Source: Chloroflexota bacterium (lineage in GTDB: Bacteria > Chloroflexota > UBA11872 > VXOZ01). From it: a DNA stretch of 64,000 bases. Position numbers and translations under genes: made by a program. Where the stretch lies: the NCBI GenBank assembly GCA_963662335.2, contig CAXXVD010000005.1, positions 64,001 through 128,000 on the forward strand. Direction: 5' to 3'. A model generated the notes under the pieces. The model did no database searches, had not been told where the DNA came from, and saw only the letters and a list, made by a program, of their open reading frames with translations. Of the stretch, positions 29,002 through 38,836 are shown piece by piece (positions within the stretch are counted from its first letter, which is position 1; each line of letters begins with the position of its first letter).

Positions 29002-30282
29002 CTATGATGTCTCCGGCGCAGACGCTGAGGCCTGGCCGAGCGGAGTTCGCGGGGCATCCGCCACCTGCAGCGGCCACCAGCGCCGCCGGCGCCGCCAAGC
29101 GAGAACGCTGCCCAAGAGTATTACGGGCAGCAAGAGGAGCGCGTGCATCAGTAGCAAGTAGGCTATTGCCAACTCGGCCCCAATGCCAAACTGCACGAGC
29201 ACCAACTTCCCCGCAAACTCGAAGGGGCCGATGTACCCGGGCGACGACGGCAGCGCGGAAAATATGTTGATGACACCCATCGTCAAGAGGAATATCAACA
29301 CCGACTCATCCAGTCCCATGCTGCGCCCAACCACATAGTAGGTGAGTCCTTCCACGATCCAGGAAACCATGCTCAAGACGGCCATCTCCACAAGCCGCCG
29401 CGGCGACCTGAGGCTCTGCAAGCCGGCAACGAACGACTGCGACATGCCTACGATGCGGTAGCCTAGTCTCCCCGGCAGCAAGAGCGACAGACGCAAGGGC
29501 AACGACGTGAGATAGTCCCGCGCGATGACGGCAGCCCCAAAGACCGCGACCAAGAGCGCGATGCTCGCTCCGGCCAGCGGCAGCAGGAGACCATCGGGAA
29601 TCCACTGCCCAAACTCGGCAAAAGCTGTCGCGAGCAGAATGCCGAGCAGCGCCGTAAGCGCAAGAGAGCGCCACATGATGCGCGCGCGGCTGAGCCCGCG
29701 CCGCGAGCGGTGCGTGGCGACAAGTATCAGCAAACCGGCCGCGACGATCGCCGCCACTGCGGCCACGCGCAATGCCGTGAGCAACGGCGAGGGCCAATGC
29801 AGGAACACCGTGCACGCCACGATGACGGCAAGGATCGCCAGCACGTCCAAGAGCCGCTCCAGGAAGACGGTTGCCAAAGAGGCGCTCTTGCGAATCCCCG
29901 TCTCGCGGGCGAGCAAGAAGACCCGCATGACGTCGCCCATGCGCGCCGGCACGATGTTATTGACGGTATAGCTGACGATGAGCAGCGCAATTGCCTGGCG
30001 CACCGGAATCCGCTCCACGGGCAAGAGGAGGCGCTGCCAGCGCAGGCCGCGCACTGCCACGCCCAGGAAGTAGAGCGGAATTGCCGGCGCCAGCAACCAA
30101 AAGTTGGCGCCGCGCAACGCCGCCCACGTCTGGCCCATGTCAAGTCCGCGCAGCGCAAGCCAGAGCAGAACCGCGCTCAATCCCAGGCCCGCGCTGGCCT
30201 GAAGTGCGCGCAGCCGTCCCGGCCGCCAGCGCGGCCGGTTATCTTGAAATTGCCGCCAACGTGTGTGTATGGCTTGTGCCAT
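29002..30282 (-). CDS. Lysylphosphatidylglycerol-synthase TM domain (flippase-like) membrane protein
   Basis: RGLRWQRLL, NNIVPARMGDVMR, ERLLD, LPSSPGYIGPFE. Confidence 0.88.
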   Translation of the reverse strand: MAQAIHTRWRQFQDNRPRWRPGRLRALQASAGLGLSAVLLWLALRGLDMGQTWAALRGANFWLLAPAIPLYFLGVAVRGLRWQRLLLPVERIPVRQAIALLIVSYTVNNIVPARMGDVMRVFLLARETGIRKSASLATVFLERLLDVLAILAVIVACTVFLHWPSPLLTALRVAAVAAIVAAGLLILVATHRSRRGLSRARIMWRSLALTALLGILLATAFAEFGQWIPDGLLLPLAGASIALLVAVFGAAVIARDYLTSLPLRLSLLLPGRLGYRIVGMSQSFVAGLQSLRSPRRLVEMAVLSMVSWIVEGLTYYVVGRSMGLDESVLIFLLTMGVINIFSALPSSPGYIGPFEFAGKLVLVQFGIGAELAIAYLLLMHALLLLPVILLGSVLAWRRRRRWWPLQVADAPRTPLGQASASAPETS

Positions 30283-30642
30283 GTTTCTCCCGTGGCGCGC
30301 CCGTTGTCACGAATGCAAAGAAGGCCCGCCCAAAACGCGTTCGCGGAACCGTGCAGCGCAGCGGGATGCGCGCATGACCCCGGCAAACTCGTGGTTGAAT
30401 GCTATTAGCGTATGTGAATGGACTAGAAGCGTCAATCTTGCCGGATCAGAGGTGAGTTGTCTAGTGGGAATGAAAGCAATTCGCCGCGTATGCGCGCGCG
30501 GACACGCTGCGCAATCTGCCGGGAGCGCTCTGTTCCCTGGCGGCGACGCGTTCCCGGCGAGCGTGGCGTTGCCGGTTCCCTACCCGCCGCTGCGCAGCAT
30601 TGCCAATTTCCTATCTGCCGCCGCGTGGCGAACGAACCCCGG

Positions 30643-31578
30643 TTACGGCGAGACTCCGCCCAACGACCGCAGGTACGCCGCCGCCGACTTTGCCGCGGCT
30701 TCCGGATCCGGCAAGTAGCGCCAGTACGCCCGCGGCATGCCCTTGAACGGATTGACGTACTCGTAGAGCACGTAGCCGTCGAACCCGCCTTGCCGCAACT
30801 CCGCAATCACCGCCCACCAATCGATATCGCCGTCCGGCAGTTCCGTCCACTCGTAGCCGTAGTCCTCTTTGGGCAAGTAGTCGATCGTGCCCGGTTCGCG
30901 GCGGCGCACGTTCTTCACGTGGAGCATGGCGACGTGCGGCGCGAGCAGCCGCGCTTCGGCCAGAACGTCCCGCCCTTCCATGTAGAGGTTTGCGCCGTCC
31001 ATGACGAGATCGAGTTCCGGCCCTACCGCGTCACGCACGGCCAGCAACTCTTCGGCGTTAGAAGTCGTGGTGTTCTCATTCGTCTCGACAATGAGCCGCA
31101 CGCCGCGCTCTTTGGCATACGGCAGGAGTTCCGCAAGCGCGACGACATGCAGGTCGAACGCTTCCCGCGGCGACAGCGCGATGTCCGGCGCGGGCGCCAG
31201 CACGTTCCCGATGCTGCGCAGCCAGCGCGCGTCCAGAGAAGCCGCCAGGTCGATGTAGTCCCGGTTGAGCGCCAGGCTGCGGTCGCGCAGTTCGCCCGGC
31301 GGATAGGTGAGCGGGCAGTAGCAGGAAATGCAGGCTATTTCGATTCTCTTGGCCTTGAGAACGCGCACAAACTCGGCCCTCCCCGGCTCGTTGATAAGCC
31401 GCGGGCTGACCATGTCGTAGCCTACCGCGTTGTAGTGGCGCTCCACCGGCCGGGGCACGTCGAGCGTATAGCCGCGCAGACTAATGCCGTGGTAGTCATA
31501 TTTCCCCGCCCACGCCAGGACTTTCGCCAAGCCAAACGGGTGCTGCCAACCGACGCCGCCGTACAGGGCCAGTTTCAT
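30643..31578 (-). CDS. Sugar phosphate isomerase/epimerase (xylose-isomerase-like TIM barrel)
   Basis: IVET, MDGAN, LHVKN, GDIDW, GFDGYVLYE. Confidence 0.85.
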   Translation of the reverse strand: MKLALYGGVGWQHPFGLAKVLAWAGKYDYHGISLRGYTLDVPRPVERHYNAVGYDMVSPRLINEPGRAEFVRVLKAKRIEIACISCYCPLTYPPGELRDRSLALNRDYIDLAASLDARWLRSIGNVLAPAPDIALSPREAFDLHVVALAELLPYAKERGVRLIVETNENTTTSNAEELLAVRDAVGPELDLVMDGANLYMEGRDVLAEARLLAPHVAMLHVKNVRRREPGTIDYLPKEDYGYEWTELPDGDIDWWAVIAELRQGGFDGYVLYEYVNPFKGMPRAYWRYLPDPEAAAKSAAAYLRSLGGVSP

Positions 31579-31749
31579 TTCTCCGCTCCTCGGGCCGGGC
31601 GTCGGCCATGACCTTTGACCATATATGCGATCCGCTGTGCGGCAATTAAGCGCACCCAACGCTGCTGCTGCGCACGCCGGGCACGCGGACACGTCAGTGA
31701 GACAAGGAGGCGAGTATCCACTTGGAGATACTCGCCGTTGGTTGTCGCT

Positions 31750-31825
31750 TGGCAGGAGCGGAGGGACTCGAACCCCCGACCGCTGGTTTTGGAGACCAGT
31801 GCTCTTCCAACTGAGCTACGCTCCT
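31750..31825 (-). tRNA. tRNA-Trp(CCA)
   Basis: AGGAGCGTAGCTCAGTTGG..CTGGT-CTCCAAA-ACCAG..GGTTCGAGTCC..CCA. Confidence 0.95.
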
Positions 31826-32173
31826 CTGCCGCCGCGCACACGCACGGTAACTCTATGCTACTTGATAGTTAGAAAACCGTCAATGCGATGGTCGGCGCCC
31901 GGCAGGCGAGCCCAGTATATCTCGCTCCAGACCGGCTGGCCGGCCCGGCTGCGGTGGACAGCGTTGCGAGATGTTCAATCCCGTTCCGGCGCGTGTGGAC
32001 AGACGCCTAGTGTCACTGTAAGCTGAACCGAACGGAGCGCGAGCTCGGTCCTGCGGGCAGCCCATCCGTTGCGTTCGCCTCGCCGGCCTGAGGCCGGCGT
32101 GCTTGCGCAATAGGTTCCCAAAGACACGACTTACCCGCGCTGACCTTTGTACACACCACAAGGCGCATACACC

Positions 32174-33958
32174 ATGTCACAGAACGTCTCGCCCATCCTG
32201 ATAGTCTGGGATAGCCAGACCGACGCGCGCTTTTCGGGCTATATTACCGAAATACTGCACGTCGAGGGCTACAACTGGTTCGCGGTGCACGACCTAGCGG
32301 CCGCCCCTCTGACACGCGCGCGGCTTGCCCGGCATCCCATCGTCATATTGAGCCACGTCGCCGTGCCAGAAGAGGCGCAGAGCGTCATTCTCAATTACGT
32401 CGATCAAGGCGGCGCGCTGATCGCGCTGCGTCCGCCTGAGCAACTCGCCTCCGCGCTGGGCCTTGCGCCCTTCCACCGCGACCTTGCGGACCGCTATCTC
32501 GCCCTGAACCCGCTCTGCGCTCTGAACGACGGCGTGAACTTGCCGCCTTTGCAGTTCCACGGACGCGCCGAACTCTATCTCTGGCCCGGCGAACCGGCGC
32601 ACGTCATGGCGTATTTCGCCGCGTCCCCCGACTTCATTACCAAGCATCCGGCAATTACCGTGGGCAAGCGCGGCTTGGGCGCGTGGGCCGTCTTTGCCTA
32701 CGACCTTGCCGAGAGCACGGTGCTCCTGCACCAGGGGCGGCGCGAGCAGGCAAGCACGGGAACGTACCCGGATCACGACGGCGACCGCAGTTTCAAACCC
32801 AACGACCTCTTCGTCAATCACCTCGACCCCGCGCTCTGCGCCCTGCCGCAGGCCGACTTGCAGCAAGACGTGCTGGTGCGGATTCTGGAGTGGATGACGT
32901 CACTGACGCAGCCTTTGCCGCGCCTCTGGCACTTTCCTAAAGCCGCGCCGGCCGCGGCCTTCATCAACGGCGACGGCGATAGCATGGCGCTAGCCGACCT
33001 GGTGCAGACGATCGCCACCGCCGACCGGTTCCAGATTCCCTATACCGCGTACCTCAAGATGGACGACCATCCAAAGGTGTCGCCGAACTACGAACACGCG
33101 CTGCGACAGCAGGGACATGACTTCGGCCAGCACGCCTTTGCCGGGGCGCTGCCGACGCTGGACGAAATGCGCGGCCGGCTCCGCTACGAGATGGACGCCT
33201 TTCGCGCCCGCTACGGGCATGAGTCCGTCACGTACCGGGGTCACAGCGTCATCTGGGTCGGCTGGACCGAGATGGCGAAATACCTGCGGGAGAACCAGGT
33301 GCGGCTGGATACGAACTTTGCGCCGGGGCGTTACCACCACGCGGGTTATGTCAACGGCAGCGGCCTGCCCGTCAAGTTCATGGACGAGGACGGCCGGCTC
33401 ATCGACCTCTACGAGCAGACCACCATGTCCACCGACGACGGCTGGACCACCGACAAGGTCTTCGCTCATCCAATGAGCATGGCCGAGTGCACTGCGCTCT
33501 CCAAAGAGCAGGCCGACGACGCCATCGACCGCTACCACACCGTCTACCACCCATACTTCCATCCGCTCCGCACCCGCGCGGGTCCGACTTCCTCACAATC
33601 GTGGCTGGAAGGCGTCCTGCGACACTGCCGGGAACGCGGTTTTCACTTCGTCAGCGGCGTGGATTGGGTCAAATTCAACGATGGACGGCGCGCGCTGCAA
33701 CTGGCGGCGTATGAGTTTGAGCCGGTGTCCCTGACACTGCGGTTCACTCTGGAAGCGGCGCTCCCCGCGCACGCCCTCTCGCTTGTGCTGCCCTTTGCCT
33801 TTCGCGGCGCGCCCATGCAGAGCGCGGCAGTGAACGGAGAGCCGCTACCTATCCACGAACGCGGCCTGGAAGGACGCCCGCAGGTTCTCTTGCCCGCCGA
33901 TTATGCGGCCGGCAAACACCATGCGTGGGAAATCCGGTGGGGTACGGGCAATAGCTGA
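32174..33958 (+). CDS. Hypothetical protein, probable polysaccharide-deacetylase-like barrel with N-terminal GATase-like domain
   Basis: Long ORF with coding-like composition; NGDGD, HDFGQH, RGHS..W, LDTNF and GSGLP motifs. Confidence 0.6.
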   Translation: MSQNVSPILIVWDSQTDARFSGYITEILHVEGYNWFAVHDLAAAPLTRARLARHPIVILSHVAVPEEAQSVILNYVDQGGALIALRPPEQLASALGLAPFHRDLADRYLALNPLCALNDGVNLPPLQFHGRAELYLWPGEPAHVMAYFAASPDFITKHPAITVGKRGLGAWAVFAYDLAESTVLLHQGRREQASTGTYPDHDGDRSFKPNDLFVNHLDPALCALPQADLQQDVLVRILEWMTSLTQPLPRLWHFPKAAPAAAFINGDGDSMALADLVQTIATADRFQIPYTAYLKMDDHPKVSPNYEHALRQQGHDFGQHAFAGALPTLDEMRGRLRYEMDAFRARYGHESVTYRGHSVIWVGWTEMAKYLRENQVRLDTNFAPGRYHHAGYVNGSGLPVKFMDEDGRLIDLYEQTTMSTDDGWTTDKVFAHPMSMAECTALSKEQADDAIDRYHTVYHPYFHPLRTRAGPTSSQSWLEGVLRHCRERGFHFVSGVDWVKFNDGRRALQLAAYEFEPVSLTLRFTLEAALPAHALSLVLPFAFRGAPMQSAAVNGEPLPIHERGLEGRPQVLLPADYAAGKHHAWEIRWGTGNS

Positions 33959-33970
33959 GGGAAACGGCGG

Positions 33971-34043
33971 TGACCCGGCTGGGACTCGAACCCAGGACAC
34001 CCTGATTAAAAGTCAGGTGCTCTGCCAACTGAGCTACCGGGTC
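33971..34043 (-). tRNA. tRNA-Lys(TTT)
   Basis: GACCCGGTAGCTCAGTTGG..CCTGA-CTTTTAA-TCAGG..GGTTCGAGTCC; CCA not encoded. Confidence 0.95.
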
Positions 34044-34133
34044 GTACTCTCAGTCTAGCAAACCCCGGCGTGCGTTCTCAACGGCGCTCGGCGCGGCAAT
34101 CTAAAGTCTACCGCATCGTTGCAGCGGTTGTCT

Positions 34134-34207
34134 GTCATTCCGAGCACAGCGAAGAATCTAGGGGCTCCGCGCGTGAGATTCTTCGTCTCTGCGCTCCTCA
34201 GAATGAC
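34134..34207. repeat. Inverted REP doublet (family A/A2)
   Basis: GTCATTCCGAGCACAGCGAAGAATCT ... AGATTCTTCGTCTCTGCGCTCCTCAGAATGAC. Confidence 0.8.
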
Positions 34208-34289
34208 AGTTTCAGATTCCATTCGACTGGCGGCGCGCGGCGCTTAAGCGGAGCCACGCCATCGCGCCTTTCACACCCTAAGCGAGGCT

Positions 34290-35546
34290 TTACGGCTGCC
34301 AGTACAGCAGGCCGGCGATTGCGCCCGTCATACAGGTGGCCATGGTGCCGGCCAGGATGGACTTCAGCCCCAAGTTCGCAATTTCCAGCCGCCGTTCCGG
34401 CACAATTGCGCCGATGCCGCCAATCATGATGCCCAGGCTGGCGAAGTTCGCGAAACCGCAAATGCTGTACGCCATGATCACCGCGCTGCGCTCGCTCAAG
34501 CTGCCCGGCGGCAGTTGCGACATCTGCACGTACGCCACCAGTTCGTTGAGGATGACCTTCGTGCCAAGCAGTTGGCCGGCGGTCGCCGCCTCCGCCCAGG
34601 GCACGCCCAGCGCCCAGACCGCCGGCGCGAGTATCCAGCCAAGGATGCGCTGCAAGGTGAGCGCTTCGCCCGCCGCCAGCGGCGCGAGGCCGAGGATGAT
34701 GTTCGCCAACTCCACCAACGCCACCAGCACGATCAACATACCGATGATGTAGGCAAACAGCCGCAGGCCGTCGAACGTGCCGCGGGTAAGCGCGTCGGCG
34801 CCGTTCTCGTAGAGGCGCTTGAACTCTATCTTGGTCTCTGCTACCTCTTCACCGGTCCGCGGCACGAGTATCAGCGCCAGCATGATGGCCGCGGGCGCGC
34901 TGATGATGGAGGCCGTCAACACGTGACCGGCCGGATCGGGAATGATGCCTTCCAACAGGGTCACGTAGAGCGCGAAGACCGTGCCGGCGATGGTGGCCAT
35001 GCCGCCGGTCATCACGATGAAGAGTTCCGAGCGGGTCATGCGCTCCAGATAGGGCCGCACGAGCAGCGGCGCTTCCACCATGCCGGCGAAGACGTTGGCG
35101 GCGGTGGCGAAGCTGGTCGCGCCGCCGATGTTTAACGTCTTGCTCAAGACCCAGGCAAAGCCCCGCACCACCCAGGGCAAAATCCGATAGTGGTACAAGA
35201 TCGCCGAGAGCGCCCCGATGACGACCACCAGCGGCAGCGAACGAAAGGCGAAGACGAACGACGCGCCCGGGAAGGTCTCCGCGAAAGGCGGCGGCCCGCC
35301 GCCCAGGAAACCGAAGACCAGCGACGTGCCGGCCTCGGTGGCGCGCACCAGCGCGTTAACGCCGTTGCCAATCCACACGAACACGATCTGGGAGTTGGGG
35401 ACTTTCAAGAGCAGCAACGCGAGACCGGATTGCACCGCCAATCCCACTATGGCCGTGCGCCAGGGAAAGACCCGGCGATTCTCGCTGATGGCCCACGCCA
35501 GCGCGATAAGACCAAGAATGCCGACTACTGCCTGCAACGCTGCCAT
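34290..35546 (-). CDS. nupC: Concentrative nucleoside transporter (CNT/NupC family)
   Basis: AWAISENRR, ANVFAGMVEAPL, GGMATIAG, KVILNE, CGFANFAS. Confidence 0.93.
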   Translation of the reverse strand: MAALQAVVGILGLIALAWAISENRRVFPWRTAIVGLAVQSGLALLLLKVPNSQIVFVWIGNGVNALVRATEAGTSLVFGFLGGGPPPFAETFPGASFVFAFRSLPLVVVIGALSAILYHYRILPWVVRGFAWVLSKTLNIGGATSFATAANVFAGMVEAPLLVRPYLERMTRSELFIVMTGGMATIAGTVFALYVTLLEGIIPDPAGHVLTASIISAPAAIMLALILVPRTGEEVAETKIEFKRLYENGADALTRGTFDGLRLFAYIIGMLIVLVALVELANIILGLAPLAAGEALTLQRILGWILAPAVWALGVPWAEAATAGQLLGTKVILNELVAYVQMSQLPPGSLSERSAVIMAYSICGFANFASLGIMIGGIGAIVPERRLEIANLGLKSILAGTMATCMTGAIAGLLYWQP

Positions 35547-35671
35547 GAACTTCACGTCCTTTCCGGTTGCCGCGCGTTTGCCGCCGTCTTCCGCATACAC
35601 GCGGTTCTGCGTCGTGTCCGCAGTTTAGCAAATTGGCGGTTCGGTCTCAACGGCCTCGCGGCGTGCGCCCT

Positions 35672-35703
35672 AGATTCTTCGTCGCCGCGCTCCTCAGAAT
35701 GAC
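35672..35703 (-). repeat. REP-like family A2 copy
   Basis: AGATTCTTCGTCGCCGCGCTCCTCAGAATGAC. Confidence 0.8.
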
Positions 35704-35856
35704 AGTGGGAGATCCCTCGCGTCCGCGAGGGCTTACGCCGCCGCAAAGTGCACGGCGCAAATCCTGTCTGCGTGTTCCACCTATAGAGCGCCAGCCCGCT
35801 ATCCTGTAGAATTACAAGCGGAACGCCCATAGCGCCGGCCAACCGGCCGGGGCAGC

Positions 35857-36690
35857 ATGGCTACGAAAGGGATGCACGGTGTGAGAGCGCCGCCCGCCCG
35901 CGAAGTAGAATTGTTCGACCGCGACGCGGTCAACTTCGAGGCGTACTTGCAGAGTCCGCTCGGACGGCTGCGCACGGAGTTGATCTGGTCCGGCTTGGCG
36001 TCCCTGGCGCCGCAGGCGGGCGCGTCGCACCACGTGTTGGACGTAGGCGGCGGCACCGGCGCGTTTGCCCTCCGTCTCGCCGCTCTGGGGCACCGGGTGC
36101 TATTGCTTGATCCGGCCCAGGCCATGCTCAAGCTGGCGGCGGCAAAAGCGGAGCGCGACCTGCCCGCCGCGGCCCGCAAGCGCCTGCAAGCGCGCCAGGG
36201 CACGATCGCCGACCTCCGCGCGCGCTCATTGGCGGGCAAGTTTTCGCTCGTTCTCTGCCACAATATACTCGAATACGCCGTGGGGCCGGAGGATGTCCTC
36301 AGCCGTATGCGCCAGATGGTCGGCGACGACGGTCTGGTATCGGTCGTGGCCGCCAATCGCGACGCCGAGCCGCTGCGCACCGTGATCAATCAACAGGACC
36401 CGCGCGCCGCCGGCCGGCTGCTCGATAAGACCGTTCACCCTTCCACGCTCTTTGGCGGCTACCGCCGGGTGTTTGCGCTGCACGAACTCGTGGCTATGCT
36501 CGACGAGGCGGGATTCTCGTGCGCGGCCGTGCGCGGCGTGCGGGTGGCCTGCGACTATCTCTCCCAAGACTGCCTGGAGCAGCCGGAAGGCTGGGATGCC
36601 GCCTTTGACTTGGAGCAATCCCTGATTACGCGCACGCCCCACAAATATCTCGCGCGCTACCTGCATCTCATTGCGCGGCCGCGCGCTTGA
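35857..36690 (+). CDS. Class I SAM-dependent methyltransferase (SmtA/CmoM-like)
   Basis: VLDVGGGTG, LCHNILEY, GRLR; substrate unknown. Confidence 0.85.
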   Translation: MATKGMHGVRAPPAREVELFDRDAVNFEAYLQSPLGRLRTELIWSGLASLAPQAGASHHVLDVGGGTGAFALRLAALGHRVLLLDPAQAMLKLAAAKAERDLPAAARKRLQARQGTIADLRARSLAGKFSLVLCHNILEYAVGPEDVLSRMRQMVGDDGLVSVVAANRDAEPLRTVINQQDPRAAGRLLDKTVHPSTLFGGYRRVFALHELVAMLDEAGFSCAAVRGVRVACDYLSQDCLEQPEGWDAAFDLEQSLITRTPHKYLARYLHLIARPRA

Positions 36691-36710
36691 ACCCCTTATC
36701 GCTATACCCA

Positions 36711-37736
36711 ATGACGAGTTCTCCGAAGATGGCCCCCAAGAGAGTGCTCCGACCGCTTCTCATCCTCATGTGCCTCGCGCTTGCCGCAACTTCCGCGCCG
36801 CCCCGCGCCCACGCTGACGCGCCGGTAACGCCCGATTGGGTGATCTCGTGGGGACACTTCTACACGCAGACGGCCGGCAGCGGCCGGGCGGACGGGCTAG
36901 GGTACGCCGTAGTCGATGACGACGAAGCGCGCTTCTGGACATCGTTTCAGCGGCTTGGCGGCCTTTCGGCGCTCGGCTATCCGATTTCGCAACGATTCCA
37001 CTACCACGGCTTGGTTGCCCAGGGATTCCAGAAGGGCATTCTGCTGTGGGATGCGCGCACGCAAAGCGTCTCGCTGATGAATCTCTTCGACGAACTTTCC
37101 GCGGCCGGGGCGGATCCGTTCTTGCAGATCCACCGGCTCATTCCGCCGCCTGAGCCGTGGTCGCAAGACGACGGACAACCGTGGACGGTCGTCGTCGCCA
37201 ACCACCTGGCGCTGCTGGAAGAAGACGCGGCAATCAAGGCCGCGTACTACGCAGTGCGGGAGCAGGGACACGATCCAATCACCCTGAGCGGCCTGCCGAT
37301 GAGCATCCGGGAATACGACGCCGTAATCGTGCTGCGCGCGCAGCGGCGCGCGTTCCAGCACTGGAAAGTCGATACGCCGTGGGCGCAGGCGGGAGAGGTG
37401 GTGGTGGTGAACGGGGGCGACCTGGCGAAAGAGTTCTACCTCATTCCCCGTTCCGCGCAAGCCCCGGCGGCGGCCCCGTCACCGCCGTTTGCCTTTGGCA
37501 ATCCGGAGTCGGGCGCGGCGCTCTACCAGGCGGCCGGTTGCGTGCTCTGCCACGGCGCGCAAGCGGCGGGCGGCATCGGCCCGGCGTTGGCGGATCTCCG
37601 GGGCGACTTTCCTACGTTCCTCGCCTCCGTGCGCGTGCCGGCCGACAATATGCCAGCGTATCTTGAAAGCCAGGTTTCGGACCAAGAGGTGCGCGACATC
37701 CTCGCATACATCCTCTCCCAGGCGACCACCCCCTAA
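36711..37736 (+). CDS. Secreted protein: Chloroflexi-type surface repeat fused to monoheme cytochrome c
   Basis: Signal peptide ending AHA; FQRLGGLSALGYPISQRF repeat; C-terminal GAALY..CVLCHG..GPAL..MP. Confidence 0.8.
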   Translation: MTSSPKMAPKRVLRPLLILMCLALAATSAPPRAHADAPVTPDWVISWGHFYTQTAGSGRADGLGYAVVDDDEARFWTSFQRLGGLSALGYPISQRFHYHGLVAQGFQKGILLWDARTQSVSLMNLFDELSAAGADPFLQIHRLIPPPEPWSQDDGQPWTVVVANHLALLEEDAAIKAAYYAVREQGHDPITLSGLPMSIREYDAVIVLRAQRRAFQHWKVDTPWAQAGEVVVVNGGDLAKEFYLIPRSAQAPAAAPSPPFAFGNPESGAALYQAAGCVLCHGAQAAGGIGPALADLRGDFPTFLASVRVPADNMPAYLESQVSDQEVRDILAYILSQATTP

Positions 37737-37817
37737 CAGCGCCAGTCGCAAAGCTCAGACCTCTAGCAGGACAAATATCCCTTCCTGGGAAGGGTTCCCC
37801 ATGGGTCTCCTAACGGC

Positions 37818-38639
37818 CTAGCTATCCTCTTGCGAGCGGCGGCGCGTCGCGACACCCGTTATCCGCGAAAGCAGGATGCCAACCTCGTAGAGCAGGTACA
37901 TGGGAATAGCCACCAACGCCTGGTTGAAGGGGTCCGGCGTCGGCGTAATCACGGCGGCAACGATCGCGCAGATGACGATCACAAAGGGCCGCCAGCGGGA
38001 GAGACGCCTGGTGTCCACGAGACCAATCGCGGAGAAGAAGTAGATGAATATAGGCGTTTGAAAGACTAGGCCGAGCGCGAGCATCATGCGGGTGATGAAG
38101 TTGATGTAGAACTTGACTGATATGAGACTACCCACCTGATTGGAGACGAATGCCTCCGCGCCAATGAGAAAGTTCAGCGCGAACCGCAGCACGATGTAGT
38201 AGCAAAAGGCCATTCCCACCAGAAACGCAAACGACGACGTAGGCACCAGCATATAGAGATAGCGCCGCTCGCGCCGCGTCAGGCCGGGCAACACGTAGGC
38301 GCCAATCTGGTAGACAAGCACGGGCATCGCGCCAGCGACGCCGACCAGGAGCGCTACCCGCATGTACGTGAATAGACCCTCGGTTGGGGAAAACTGGTAG
38401 AGTTGGATTTCCTCCGGCGCAGGCTGCCTGAGAAACGTCATAATGGGATCGATGAAGATGAAGCCAATTATGGTAAAGAAGAGCACCGAGAGCGCCGCAA
38501 TCAATAGCCGCCGCCGCAACTCGGAGAGGTGCTCTCCCAGCGTCATCTCGAAGTCGAGATCCGCTACGTCATCCGGATTCTGCCCATCCGGCAGCTCCTC
38601 TTGCGGTTTGTCTGAACTAACGCCTTCTTGCGTTGCCAT
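37818..38639 (-). CDS. tatC: Twin-arginine translocase subunit TatC
   Basis: MTLGEHLSELRRRL, PGLTRRE, FQTP, AVITPTPDP, LYE. Confidence 0.96.
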   Translation of the reverse strand: MATQEGVSSDKPQEELPDGQNPDDVADLDFEMTLGEHLSELRRRLLIAALSVLFFTIIGFIFIDPIMTFLRQPAPEEIQLYQFSPTEGLFTYMRVALLVGVAGAMPVLVYQIGAYVLPGLTRRERRYLYMLVPTSSFAFLVGMAFCYYIVLRFALNFLIGAEAFVSNQVGSLISVKFYINFITRMMLALGLVFQTPIFIYFFSAIGLVDTRRLSRWRPFVIVICAIVAAVITPTPDPFNQALVAIPMYLLYEVGILLSRITGVATRRRSQEDS

Positions 38640-38836
38640 GCCCGGTTGTGCTTCCCTTGTAAATCAGGTCCTATAGATTAAGCTACACTGCGCAGGCGGG
38701 GACTTCAAGTGCGCGGGAGCTTGCCGCGTCCGCCGTTTGCGCCAAGGTCTTGCCAAGAGCGGCAAAATGCAGTCGTTGCTTTGGGAAGAACCCAAAGCAA
38801 CGACTGCGCACTTCAAACACGCGACTCCGGTCGGCC

